A DNA stretch of 64,000 nucleotides. Origin: Nitrospirota bacterium. GTDB taxonomy: Bacteria; Nitrospirota; JACRHJ01. The notes below the pieces were generated by a model. The model saw only the letters and a list, made by a program, of their open reading frames with translations, was not told where the DNA came from and did not search any database. A program made the translations under genes and the position numbers. Location of the stretch: the NCBI GenBank assembly GCA_963845245.1, contig CAWJRJ010000017.1, positions 32,001 through 96,000 of the forward strand, in the 5' to 3' direction. This document shows positions 10,151 to 20,049 of this stretch, piece after piece (the first letter of the stretch is position 1; each line of letters opens with the position of its first letter).

Positions 10151-11501
10151 TCCGAAGTTCACGCACCCCTGGCCGGACAATTACAGGGATGCCGTAGATA
10201 TCCAGGAAAAGTACAAGTCTCGCCTAATCATCGAAAACCGCACCAAAAAAATAAAATATGTGGCAGGCGCGGACGTCTCCTACTCCAAGGGAAGCGACAA
10301 GATATATTCTTCAGTGGTTGTGATGACCTATCCCGGAATGGAAGTGGTGGAGGAGGCCTGGGCCGAAGGCATAAGCGGTTTCCCGTACATCCCGGGCGTG
10401 CTCTCGTTCCGAGAGGGCCCCATCGTCCTCAATGCCTTTGCGAAGCTTAGTACAAAGCCTGACCTTCTGATTTTCGACGGACAAGGAATCGCCCACCCTC
10501 GCGGCTTCGGACTTGCGTCACACATGGGCGTCCTGCTCGACATACCGTCCATCGGCTGCGCTAAGACTGTGCTCGTCGGCAAGTATGACGAGCCTGCCGT
10601 CTCACGCGGATCAAAATCCCCCATGGTCTACAAAGGCAGTACCGTCGGCTTTGCGCTTCGGACGAAGGACAACGTGAACCCGGTATTCGTCTCAGTGGGG
10701 CACAAGGTAGACATTGAGTTCGCATGCAATGCGGTGCTCGAATGTGCGAAAGGATACAGGCTGCCGGAGCCTACCCGCAGGGCGCATATACTGGTGAATA
10801 AGATCAGGAAAGAATCCCAGGAAGCCCTCACCCCCGGCCCCTCCCCCGCAGGTGGAGAGGGGGGTAAAGGGCTATTAGATATCTATCATGTCTTACTTGC
10901 CCATTACGGCCCACAGCACTGGTGGCCGGGTGAGACGCCATTTGAGGTGATGGTGGGCGCGATACTGACACAGAACACGAACTGGCAGAATGTGGAGAAG
11001 GCGATAGTTAACCTCAAGAAGGCGGGCGTTTTGTCGGCAAAGGCAATCCATGAGATGCCGGAGCCTGAGCTTGCAGAGCTTATAAGGCCGTCCGGCTATT
11101 TCAACATAAAGGCGAAAAGGCTCAAGGCGTTCATCGGTTATTTCATGGCCCGGTACGGTGGGAGCATAAAGCGGATGAAGGGCGTGGACTGCGGAGTGCT
11201 TCGTGAAGAGGTGCTTGCCGTGAACGGCATAGGCCCGGAGACGGCGGACTCGATATTGCTGTATGCGCTCGGATGCCCGACGTTCGTCGTGGACGCCTAC
11301 ACAAAGCGTATATTCTCGCGTCATGGCTTCATCCCGGAGACGGCGGACTACCACGAGGTACAGAAGTACTTCACCGACCGCCTGCCGAAGGACGTGCAGC
11401 TATATAACGAGTACCACGCACTTATCGTCCGCCTCGCCAAGGACAAATGCCTGAAGAAAGCGGGACAGTGTGAGCTGTGCCTGCTGATGAGGGAAGAGTA
11501 A
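10143..11501 (+). CDS. nfi: Fusion of endonuclease V (N-term) and an endonuclease III-like HhH-GPD glycosylase (C-term)
   Basis: EndoV motifs GADVSY, PYIPGVLSFRE, DGQGIAHPR, YRLPEPTR. HhH-GPD motifs GPQHWWPGET, ILTQNT, GIGPETADSI, VVDAYT, terminal Cys cluster. Confidence 0.88.
   Translation: MVNPKFTHPWPDNYRDAVDIQEKYKSRLIIENRTKKIKYVAGADVSYSKGSDKIYSSVVVMTYPGMEVVEEAWAEGISGFPYIPGVLSFREGPIVLNAFAKLSTKPDLLIFDGQGIAHPRGFGLASHMGVLLDIPSIGCAKTVLVGKYDEPAVSRGSKSPMVYKGSTVGFALRTKDNVNPVFVSVGHKVDIEFACNAVLECAKGYRLPEPTRRAHILVNKIRKESQEALTPGPSPAGGEGGKGLLDIYHVLLAHYGPQHWWPGETPFEVMVGAILTQNTNWQNVEKAIVNLKKAGVLSAKAIHEMPEPELAELIRPSGYFNIKAKRLKAFIGYFMARYGGSIKRMKGVDCGVLREEVLAVNGIGPETADSILLYALGCPTFVVDAYTKRIFSRHGFIPETADYHEVQKYFTDRLPKDVQLYNEYHALIVRLAKDKCLKKAGQCELCLLMREE
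10825..10864 (+). repeat. BoxC-like palindromic miniature repeat, in frame within the nfi-nth linker
   Basis: ccctcacccccggcccctcccccgcaggtggagagggggg; related copies at 40834 and 45298. Confidence 0.75.
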
Positions 11502-11506
11502 GACCT

Positions 11507-11908
11507 TTAATGCAGATTCAGCTTCAGGTCTTTTGTGATTTCTTTGAAATGTTTATCGAGTGTCAGGATTGAATAGTTGTGGTATTGCGCAAGGACAGCG
11601 ATGTAGCAATCAGAAAGGCTGGGCGTCTTGCCTGACCTGCGAAGCCTGAATGAAAGCTCACCGGCAGCCCCCCACAAACCAGTAGGTTCTTCCTGAAATT
11701 CGAAAACCTGACTGAAATTTCTCAGCCCGGCTAGCTCCTTATCAGTTTTCGCCCCTTGCATCAGTTCGGCAAGTATCAGGCCGCAGCAGGCGACACGGTC
11801 TTGATTTATCAGATCCGTCACTTGGCTGTAATGAGGTTCTTTCTTCCTGAGGTACGCAATCCAGGCCGAAGTATCGACGAGGATTTTACCCGAGCCGCCT
11901 GTCTTCAT
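11507..11908 (-). CDS. vapC: VapC-type PIN-domain toxin
   Basis: ILVDTSAWI, AELMQG, SLSDCYIA, TLDKHF acidic PIN motifs. Confidence 0.9.
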   Translation of the reverse strand: MKTGGSGKILVDTSAWIAYLRKKEPHYSQVTDLINQDRVACCGLILAELMQGAKTDKELAGLRNFSQVFEFQEEPTGLWGAAGELSFRLRRSGKTPSLSDCYIAVLAQYHNYSILTLDKHFKEITKDLKLNLH

Positions 11909-12095
11909 GTCTAAGATTCTCGACCCCTTCAATGAATTCAAAGTTACCGGCCATGGCCAGTATATCGTTCTTCTTCTTCAATTTAATCTCATCCTTGATT
12001 GCCCTGACTACGGCCTCCGTCTTGCTCTTTGAAGGGAGGACCTCAAGCAGTTCGTCGATAAGCTCATTGGGTAATGTTATGGTTATTCTTGACAT
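11886..12095 (-). CDS. vapB: VapB-type antitoxin
   Basis: 69 aa RHH-like (RITITLP...SKTEAV), overlapping the 5' end of the PIN gene. Confidence 0.85.
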   Translation of the reverse strand: MSRITITLPNELIDELLEVLPSKSKTEAVVRAIKDEIKLKKKNDILAMAGNFEFIEGVENLRHEDRRLG

Positions 12096-12221
12096 ATATA
12101 TTCTCCATAATAATTGTACATAAAAATTATAACAAATTTCATGCGAAAGTCAATCTTCTTATAGTATTTACTTTTCCGTTTTTTTTCTGTATATTTCCTA
12201 AAATTTAAAAAAGAGGTTTCT

Positions 12222-12779
12222 ATGGATAGTAATTCCGAACAGGATAAAATCAAAGTATTCTTAAACTCCCTCGCGTCATCCGTTATCCATGCGATAAAGG
12301 ACGGCACCGCTGAGGACCGCGCGAGGCTTGCCGAGGCGTTTAACAAGATGATGGCGGAGATGCCGGCGGAGGCGGCTGAGGAGAAGGAGTTCCTGACTGC
12401 GCTGGTGGGACTGCTGCAAGGGAAGCCCGCAACCTCCGAGAGTCTGACCGGTTTTTACGACGCGGTATACAATAAGATTGTCGAGAAGGTGATGGACACC
12501 GGCAAAAAGGCTACTCCGGGCGCTGACAACGAGATGCGCGAGTTCCTGACACAGTTGTCCGCATCCGTAGTGCTGGTGAAGCGCACCGGTTCGCCTGAGG
12601 ACAAAAAAGCCCTTGTCGCGAAACTTCACGATATACAGATGTCACTCCCGGACGACAAAGGCGACGAGGCCATGTTCGTACTGGCCCTTGCAGCCATTCT
12701 AGAGGGCAATCCTTTCCTCCCGGACACCCTCCCGGAACCCTATTCCCACGTATACCGTAAGCTTTTAACTAGTATTTAG
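12222..12779 (+). CDS. Hypothetical all-alpha protein made of two homologous halves
   Basis: GAGG RBS; internal duplication visible in the translation. Confidence 0.75.
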   Translation: MDSNSEQDKIKVFLNSLASSVIHAIKDGTAEDRARLAEAFNKMMAEMPAEAAEEKEFLTALVGLLQGKPATSESLTGFYDAVYNKIVEKVMDTGKKATPGADNEMREFLTQLSASVVLVKRTGSPEDKKALVAKLHDIQMSLPDDKGDEAMFVLALAAILEGNPFLPDTLPEPYSHVYRKLLTSI

Positions 12780-12815
12780 GAATCGGCATTGATAAGTAAA
12801 GCGAGATTAAAAGAC

Positions 12816-12844
12816 TTGACATAGGCACACCCGTGTGGTAAAAA
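12816..12844 (+). promoter_or_regulatory. Putative sigma70 promoter
   Basis: TTGACA-N17-TAAAAA with TG extension. Confidence 0.5.
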
Positions 12845-12879
12845 AACTGTGTATTTTTTGAAGGGAGGGCTGTCTACTA

Positions 12880-13839
12880 TTGGTTAAAAGGTTTCTAGAG
12901 TACTGCACTCGTCTCAAAAAAAATTATACTGCCGGGAAAAAAGAGTACTTCACCATCGTCATACTGCCCGGGCCCAACTCAAAGGTCCGTAAGTTCAGCA
13001 TCTCGAAGACTCTCCTTAAGAATACCGGAATGGCGGTCCTGGCCGGGATACTTGTGTCCACGGTCATGTTCGGCGAATACTTCCACATGCGGGGCAAGGT
13101 GTGGGAGCTCGATTCTCTGCGTTCCCAGACCCAACAGCAGGGCGAGCAGTTAAAGCAGTTCGCTGGCAACATCGTCGACATGAAGAGCCAGATGGCGCAG
13201 CTCAAGTCTCTGAGCGACAGGCTGAACTCCGTTGCCAACGTCAGTGGGCGCGACAAGAAGCAGCAGTTTCTGGGCATTGGCGGCTCGAGCGAGATGAGCA
13301 CCGTCAACCTCGATGAGCTTGGCAAGAAGACCCACAAGGAACAGCTCGAGCAGATGTCCCAGGAGCTTGATGCCCTGAAGAACGAAGCCGCGCGTCAGGA
13401 AAGCGGCATGAAAAGGCTCACCGAATATTTCGAGCACAGGAACTCCATCATTTCATCCACACCGAATATCTGGCCGGTCCATGGCTTCATAACATCCGAG
13501 TTTGGAAAAAGAACGTCACCCATATACGGCACAGAGCAGTTCCATCAGGGTTTGGACATTGCGAATGCTATAGGGACCCCTGTAGTGGCGCCAGCCAACG
13601 GCACCGTTTCGGAGACCGGCTACAATTCAGGGTATGGTCATTACATAATGATACAGCACGGCTACGGGATGGTAACACTTTACGGACACCTCTCAAAGGT
13701 GGACGTGCACGACGGCCAGAGGGTAAAGAAGGGAGACCTTATTGGGAACGTGGGCAACACCGGCAGTTCGACCGGCCCGCACCTCCACTATGAGGTAAGG
13801 ATAAACGGCGTCCCGACAAATCCGCGCAAATACATCTAA
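12880..13839 (+). CDS. M23 family metallopeptidase (TM, coiled coil, LytM domain)
   Basis: HQGLD, YGHL, STGPHLHYEV. Confidence 0.93.
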   Translation: MVKRFLEYCTRLKKNYTAGKKEYFTIVILPGPNSKVRKFSISKTLLKNTGMAVLAGILVSTVMFGEYFHMRGKVWELDSLRSQTQQQGEQLKQFAGNIVDMKSQMAQLKSLSDRLNSVANVSGRDKKQQFLGIGGSSEMSTVNLDELGKKTHKEQLEQMSQELDALKNEAARQESGMKRLTEYFEHRNSIISSTPNIWPVHGFITSEFGKRTSPIYGTEQFHQGLDIANAIGTPVVAPANGTVSETGYNSGYGHYIMIQHGYGMVTLYGHLSKVDVHDGQRVKKGDLIGNVGNTGSSTGPHLHYEVRINGVPTNPRKYI

Positions 13840-13909
13840 GCTTTACTTGCAGGAAGAGGGAGAATAGGGTCTCCCTCATGTTTATAGTATCATTGAAAGG
13901 GGTAGTAGA

Positions 13910-14110
13910 ATGGCGACTGGAAAGGTGAAGTGGTTTAATGCCTCCAAGGGCTACGGTTTCATCGAGCAGGACAACGGTGAGGATGTTTTCGTGCATTTCT
14001 CCCAGATACAGGACGAAGGCTTCAAGACCCTGAACGAGGGCCAGAGCGTTACGTTCGACGTATCCGAAGGAGAGAAGGGTCTCCAGGCGAGGAACGTACA
14101 GAAGTTATAA
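13910..14110 (+). CDS. csp: Cold-shock protein
   Basis: GKVKWFN, KGYGFI, DVFVHFS. Confidence 0.97.
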   Translation: MATGKVKWFNASKGYGFIEQDNGEDVFVHFSQIQDEGFKTLNEGQSVTFDVSEGEKGLQARNVQKL

Positions 14111-14129
14111 TCGATAATAAAAAAAACAC

Positions 14130-14169
14130 AAAAACCCCGGCCGGGAACACTTCCGACCGGGGTTTTTTT
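14130..14169 (+). terminator. Rho-independent terminator (possibly bidirectional)
   Basis: aaaaaccccgg...ccggggtttttt. Confidence 0.85.
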
Positions 14170-14303
14170 ATCCCTGACGCCAGACTAGAAATATCCAGAA
14201 ATATATGGAGATTTACGGCCGGATTATGTATAATGCTATATTCTGGCAATGGCCGGATGGTTTCTGATTTAATCAATAACAACAATAATTTGCCGGATAA
14301 AAA

Positions 14304-16947
14304 ATGATAACATCCTTGATAAGCAAGCTAGTAGGTACCAAGAACGACAGGGAACTGAAAAGGGTCCAGCCGCTCGTAGCGAAGATAAATTCCTTCGAGC
14401 CGCAGATCAAGCACCTTGATGATACTCAGCTCAAGGCGAAGACTGCCGAGTTCAAAGAGCGTATTGCCGCGGGCGCAACGCTTGACGACCTTCTGCCCGA
14501 GGCCTTCGCCGTGGCAAGGGAGGCATCGAAGCGCGTGCTGGGCATGCGCCATTTCGACGTCCAGTTGATAGGCGGCATAATGCTGCACGAGGGCAAGATA
14601 GCCGAGATGAGGACCGGCGAGGGCAAGACGCTTGTCGCCACGCTCCCGGTATACCTGAACGCACTTGAGGGGCGCGGGGTGCACGTCGTAACGGTCAACG
14701 ACTACCTGGCAAGGCGCGACTCCCAGTGGATGGGCGAGATATACCGCTTCCTCGGGCTTAGCGTGGGGGTCATCGTCCACGACCTGGACGACCACGAGAG
14801 GCAGGAGGCCTACGGCAGCGACGTAACATACGGTACGAACAACGAGTTCGGTTTCGACTACCTCCGCGACAACATGAAGTTCGACCTCGCGGACTACGTC
14901 CAGCGGGAGCTGAACTATTCGATAGTGGACGAGGTGGACAGCATACTCATCGACGAGGCCAGGACTCCGCTCATCATCTCCGGCCCTTCGGAGGAATCCA
15001 CTGACCTCTACTACCGCGTGAACGAGATAATACCGCGCCTGAAACCCGTGGAAGATTATACCATCGAGGAGAAGACCAAGACCGCCGCGCTTACGGACGA
15101 GGGCAATGTGAAGGTCGAGCGCGCGCTTGGAGTAGGCAACCTGTACGACCCGGAAAACATCGAGTTCGTCCACCATGTGAACCAGGCGCTGAAGGCCCAC
15201 GCGATGTACAAGAGGGACGTGGACTACGTGGTGAAGGACGGCGAGGTGATAATCGTCGACGACTTCACCGGCCGTCTCATGCCGGGCAGGCGCTGGAGCG
15301 ACGGGCTGCACCAGGCCGTCGAGGCCAAGGAGGGCGTCAAGATTGAGTCGGAGAACCAGACGCTCGCCACCATCACATTCCAGAACTACTTCAGGATGTA
15401 CAACAAGCTTGCGGGTATGACCGGCACCGCCGATACCGAGGCCGCCGAGTTCGCGAAGATATACAACCTCGACGTCATGGTGATCCCGCCCAATATGCCG
15501 ATGATAAGGAAAGACAACCCGGACTCGGTGTACAAGACGATGCGCGAGAAGTACAACGCCGTGGCGGACGAGGTCATAGAGTGCCACAAGAAGGGCCAGC
15601 CGGTACTGGTCGGCACGATATCTATAGAAAAATCGGAACTGGTCGCATCCCTTCTGAAGAAGAAGGGCATGCCGCATAACGTATTGAACGCCAAGTTCCA
15701 TGAGAAAGAGGCCGAGATAGTGGCGCAGGCAGGCCGCCTCGGGCAGGTAACGATTGCGACCAATATGGCCGGCCGCGGCACCGACATACTCCTTGGCGGC
15801 AACCCGAAGATGCTCGCGCACCAGGAGCTTCTAAGCCGTGAACTTGACCCGGATGAGGTCGAGCCTGCAGGTGCTTGAAGAGGCAATCGCCAGGATGAAG
15901 GCCGTCACGGACGAGGAGCACAAGAAGGTGGTTGCTGCCGGCGGGCTGCACATAATCGGCACCGAACGGCACGAATCGCGCCGCATCGACAACCAGCTTC
16001 GGGGCCGCTCCGGCAGGCAGGGTGACCCCGGCTCGTCGAGGTTCTTCCTCTCCCTTGAAGACGACCTTCTGCGCATATTCGGATCGGAACGCATCGCCGG
16101 AATAATGGAGAAGCTCGGCATGGAGGAGGGCGTCCCGATCGAGGCCCGTATGGTGTCGAAGGCTATCGAGAACGCACAGAAGAAGGTCGAGGCGCACAAC
16201 TTCGACATCAGGAAGCAGCTCATAGAATATGACGACGTGATGAACAAACAGCGCAGCGTCATCTACGAGCAGAGGCGGCAGGTACTGGGCAGCGACGACC
16301 TGAAACAGGATGTTGTAGAGATGATAGAGGACTACGCCGACCAAATACTTCCCGCCTTCTGCGAACAGGGCAAACACCCTGAGGAATGGGACATGGGTGG
16401 GCTGGCCGACCTGGTGAAGAAGCAGTTCGGGGTACAGCTTGATGATGCGGCGTTAAAAGAACAGCTTAACCTCGACTCACTGAGGGAAAGCCTCTCCATA
16501 ACCCTTAAGGACGCATACGAGAGGAAGGAGAAGGACCTAGGTCCTGACTTCCTCAGATACCTTGAAAAACGAGTGCTGCTGGACATGATAGACTCGCTCT
16601 GGAAAGAGCACCTTCTTAACATGGACCACTTAAAGGAGGGCATAGGGCTTCGCGGCTACGGCCAGAAGGACCCGCTTGTGGAGTACAAGAAAGAGGGCTT
16701 CGCCATGTTCATGGACATGGTTAACAGGATAAAATCTGACACGCTCGAGCGTCTGTACCGCGTCCAGGTGGTGCGCCAGGAAGCGGCTATGGAGACCGAG
16801 ACCAGGCGCAAGCCCCAGAGGATAACCCTGAACCGCGGTGACGGCGAAGAGGTAAAGAAGCCTGCCAAGGCGGAGAACAGGGTGGGCAGAAACGATCCCT
16901 GCCCCTGCGGTTCTGGGAAGAAATATAAGAAGTGTCACGGAAAATAG
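14304..16947 (+). CDS. secA: Preprotein translocase ATPase SecA (frameshift near 15869)
   Basis: [50 protein letters not shown]-terminal [19 protein letters not shown]. Confidence 0.97.
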
Positions 16948-16959
16948 CACGAGGTGCCT

Positions 16960-17802
16960 ATGAAACATAAGATCGCGGGCATACAGATGTCATGCTCGGA
17001 AAGCACTGAGAGGAACCTGAACAAGGCCTCCGAGATGGCCGAGTACGCGCTTGAGGGCGGCGCTAAGATCATCGCCTTCCAGCAGCTTATGCACCTCCCT
17101 TGGTTCCTCGACGAGCACGACGAGAAAAGGTTCTCATACGCCGAGGACGAGGACGGCCCGCTTCTTACGAAGATGAGGGACATTGCAGCCAAAGGCTGCG
17201 CGGTAATAATCTGCCCGGTATTCGAGAAATCAGGCGGCAACTATTACAACACGGCCTTCGTGATAGACTCCGACGGCAGCATCGCCGGAAAGTACAGGAA
17301 GGTGCATATCCCGGACATACCTCTCTGGCGCGAGAAGTCTTATTTTTCGCCCGGAGACATGGGGTTCCCGGTAATCAAGACCGCATACGGCAATATCGGC
17401 GTGCAGCTCTGCTGGGACGCATTCTTCCCGGAAGGGTTCAGGGCACTCTCGCTTAAAGGCGCGCAGCTGATTGTGGCCCCCACCGCCGCCGCGTTTGCGT
17501 CCGCGCCAAGGTGGGAGAAGGTCCTTACCGCCGCGGCGATCACCAACGGGGTGTATATCTTCCGGGTGAACAGGGTGGGCGGCAACGACCGGCAGAAGTT
17601 CTACGGCAAAAGCTTCCTGATAAACCCGTTCGGCGAGATAACAATAGAACCTACCGGCAAGAGCGACGCGGTGCTTTTTGCGGACGTGGACTTCGACGAG
17701 ATAAAAGAGGCGCGGGAAGTTTGGAACTTTCTTGGCGACCGCAGGCCCGAGCATTACGGGGACCTATCTGGGAGGCGTTTCGTAAGATATGGTTTGGTTT
17801 AA
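16960..17802 (+). CDS. Carbon-nitrogen hydrolase (nitrilase superfamily)
   Basis: YRKVHIP, QLCWD; resembles N-carbamoylputrescine amidase. The position usually read FQEL reads FQQL here. Confidence 0.85.
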   Translation: MKHKIAGIQMSCSESTERNLNKASEMAEYALEGGAKIIAFQQLMHLPWFLDEHDEKRFSYAEDEDGPLLTKMRDIAAKGCAVIICPVFEKSGGNYYNTAFVIDSDGSIAGKYRKVHIPDIPLWREKSYFSPGDMGFPVIKTAYGNIGVQLCWDAFFPEGFRALSLKGAQLIVAPTAAAFASAPRWEKVLTAAAITNGVYIFRVNRVGGNDRQKFYGKSFLINPFGEITIEPTGKSDAVLFADVDFDEIKEAREVWNFLGDRRPEHYGDLSGRRFVRYGLV

Positions 17803-18628
17803 AAAAGTCAAAGCCCCCATGGCCCAGCTGCCGGAGAAGAAGGTCAAGATACCGGAGGGTCTCTGGGTTAAATGCGACAACTGTAAAGAGATAATATACA
17901 AGAAGGAGATAGACCGCAACCTCAAGGTCTGCCCGAAATGCGACTACCATTTCAGGATAAGCGCCACCGAGAGGCTTGACCTTGTCGTGGACGAGGGCAG
18001 CTTCGTCGAGCTCGACCAGAGCCTGTCCCCTGTCGACTTCCTGGAGTTCAAGGACACCGTCCGCTACAAGGACAAGATAAAAAAATCTCAGACTGCTACG
18101 GGCCTGAAGGACGCGGTGATATCCGGTGAGGCGACCATATCCGGCAGGGCCGTGGAGATAGTGGTCATGGACTTCGGGTTCATGGGTGGCAGCATGGGCT
18201 CGGTCGTCGGCGAGAAGATATGCAGGGCGGCCGGCAGGGCGGAGGAAATGGGTGTACCCTTGATCATCTTCTCTTCGTCAGGCGGCGCCAGGATGCAGGA
18301 GGGTGTAGTCTCGCTCATGCAGATGGCCAAGACCTCGGCTGCTGTTGCAAGGCTATCAAAAAAAGGCGTCCCGTTCATCTCCGTGCTTACAGACCCGACC
18401 TTCGGGGGTGTCTCCGCGAGCTTTTCGAGCCTTGGCGACATAATCATCGCAGAGCCGCGCTCACTCATCGGGTTTGCCGGACCAAGGGTTATTGAGCAGA
18501 CAATCAAAAAACAGCTCCCCGAAGGCTTCCAGAGGGCGGAATTCCAGATGGAACACGGCCAGGTGGACATGATCGTCGACCGCAAGCACATGAGAGATAC
18601 CCTGGCGAAGATACTGCAGTTTTTTTAG
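17789..18628 (+). CDS. accD: Acetyl-CoA carboxylase carboxyltransferase beta subunit
   Basis: WVKCDNC...CPKC Zn finger, [20 protein letters not shown]. Confidence 0.97.
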   Translation: MVWFKKVKAPMAQLPEKKVKIPEGLWVKCDNCKEIIYKKEIDRNLKVCPKCDYHFRISATERLDLVVDEGSFVELDQSLSPVDFLEFKDTVRYKDKIKKSQTATGLKDAVISGEATISGRAVEIVVMDFGFMGGSMGSVVGEKICRAAGRAEEMGVPLIIFSSSGGARMQEGVVSLMQMAKTSAAVARLSKKGVPFISVLTDPTFGGVSASFSSLGDIIIAEPRSLIGFAGPRVIEQTIKKQLPEGFQRAEFQMEHGQVDMIVDRKHMRDTLAKILQFF

Positions 18629-18726
18629 ATACTCCCTACACCTGCCCGCCATTCCTTCCTTGACTTTTACTCCCAAAATGTGCTAAAAATCATTGTTTTA
18701 AATTAACTTAGACATAGGTTATCCAG

Positions 18727-20049
18727 ATGGGTTTCGAGGAAACCGTAAAGTATCTGTACGACCTGCAGAAGTTCGGTACGAAGCTCGGGCTTGAGAACAC
18801 TTTCGAGCTGCTGGAGCTTCTGGGGCGCCCCCATGAGAAACCGAGGTTTCTGCATGTGACGGGCACCAACGGCAAGGGCTCCGTCTCCGCAATGGCCGCG
18901 TCCGTGCTGATGGAGGCGGGCTTTAGGACGGGTCTTTATACTTCGCCGCACCTGGTCAGCTTTACCGAACGCATACAGGTGGACGGAAGGCCTGTCACGG
19001 AAGGCGATATTGTCGCGCTTGCCGACAGACTGAAAGCGTTGATAGATTCGCAGAAGCCCGGCTTGAAACCGACCTTCTTCGAGTTCACTACAGCCATGGC
19101 GTTAGACTATTTTGCGTCGGCAGGGGCTGAAATCGTGGTGCTTGAAGTCGGTATGGGCGGCAGGCTCGATTCGACCAACGTGGTTACGCCGGAATGTTCT
19201 GTTATCACGAACGTGGAACTCGAGCACAGGGAGTATCTCGGGGATTCCCTGCATGATATAGCATTCGAGAAGGCGGGCATCATAAAGCCCGGCGTGCCGC
19301 TCGTCACCTCCGAGAAAAAGCGTGACGCGCTCGACATAATCCTCGGCGTGTGCATGGATAATAATTCGCCCGCGTATGTATTGGGGAAGGATTTCGGATT
19401 TAAAAACAAGGGTGCCGTCTGGGCGGGTGGCCGTATCGTGCAATTGATGGACTACCATGGCCCCTCCCTCAGCCTTGACGATGTTGAGATTCCACTTGCC
19501 GGGCTGCACCAGCTTGAGAACGCCGCTGTTGCGGTATGCGCACTGGAACTCGTCTCAGGCAGGCAGGCAAGTATAGACGAGGGAGCCTTACGGAAAGGGA
19601 TCAGGCAGACGGTATGGGGCGGACGGCTTGAAGTTGTCTCACGCTCTCCTCTTCTTGTTCTGGATGGCGCGCATAACGCTGCATCAGTCGACCGGCTTGC
19701 CGAATCGATAAGCGGACAGTTTACGGGCAGGTACAGGCGCCTTATAGTAGTGATGGGGATTCTTTCCGACAAGGACTCCGGCTTCATGATCGAGAGGCTC
19801 GCCCCGCTGTCGGACGTGATGGTGCTTACACAGGCGGAATACGAGAGGGCTGCGCCGACTGAGACGCTCTCAGAGACTGCAAGGCGGTCCGGCGTGGAGC
19901 CGGTTGTCAGAAAAACGGTGCCGGAAGCCATCGGGTGGGCCTTGGACGAGGCATCACCGGAAGACATGGTGCTGGTTACAGGGTCGCTTTATGTCATAGG
20001 CGAGGCGAAGGCCTGGCTCGAAAAGAAAAGGCAATTCTTAAAGGCATGA
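18727..20049 (+). CDS. folC: Folylpolyglutamate synthase / dihydrofolate synthase
   Basis: GTNGKGS, YTSPHL, EVGMGGRLDSTN, DGAHN, TGSLY. Confidence 0.96.
   Translation: MGFEETVKYLYDLQKFGTKLGLENTFELLELLGRPHEKPRFLHVTGTNGKGSVSAMAASVLMEAGFRTGLYTSPHLVSFTERIQVDGRPVTEGDIVALADRLKALIDSQKPGLKPTFFEFTTAMALDYFASAGAEIVVLEVGMGGRLDSTNVVTPECSVITNVELEHREYLGDSLHDIAFEKAGIIKPGVPLVTSEKKRDALDIILGVCMDNNSPAYVLGKDFGFKNKGAVWAGGRIVQLMDYHGPSLSLDDVEIPLAGLHQLENAAVAVCALELVSGRQASIDEGALRKGIRQTVWGGRLEVVSRSPLLVLDGAHNAASVDRLAESISGQFTGRYRRLIVVMGILSDKDSGFMIERLAPLSDVMVLTQAEYERAAPTETLSETARRSGVEPVVRKTVPEAIGWALDEASPEDMVLVTGSLYVIGEAKAWLEKKRQFLKA

Noticed and set aside
11507..12095. vapBC as marker of a mobile element
   Set aside because: No integrase, transposase or flanking direct repeats; an ordinary solitary TA pair.
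14328..15821. Long antisense ORFs (497 aa opposite secA; others opposite pheT, rmlB and the radical SAM gene)
   Set aside because: Shadow ORFs expected from GC-rich codon bias; no recognisable motifs.
15840..15880. Programmed frameshifting or split secA (likewise ruvB, lptD)
   Set aside because: No consistent slippery motif, and similar indels occur throughout the window, so an assembly artefact is more parsimonious.
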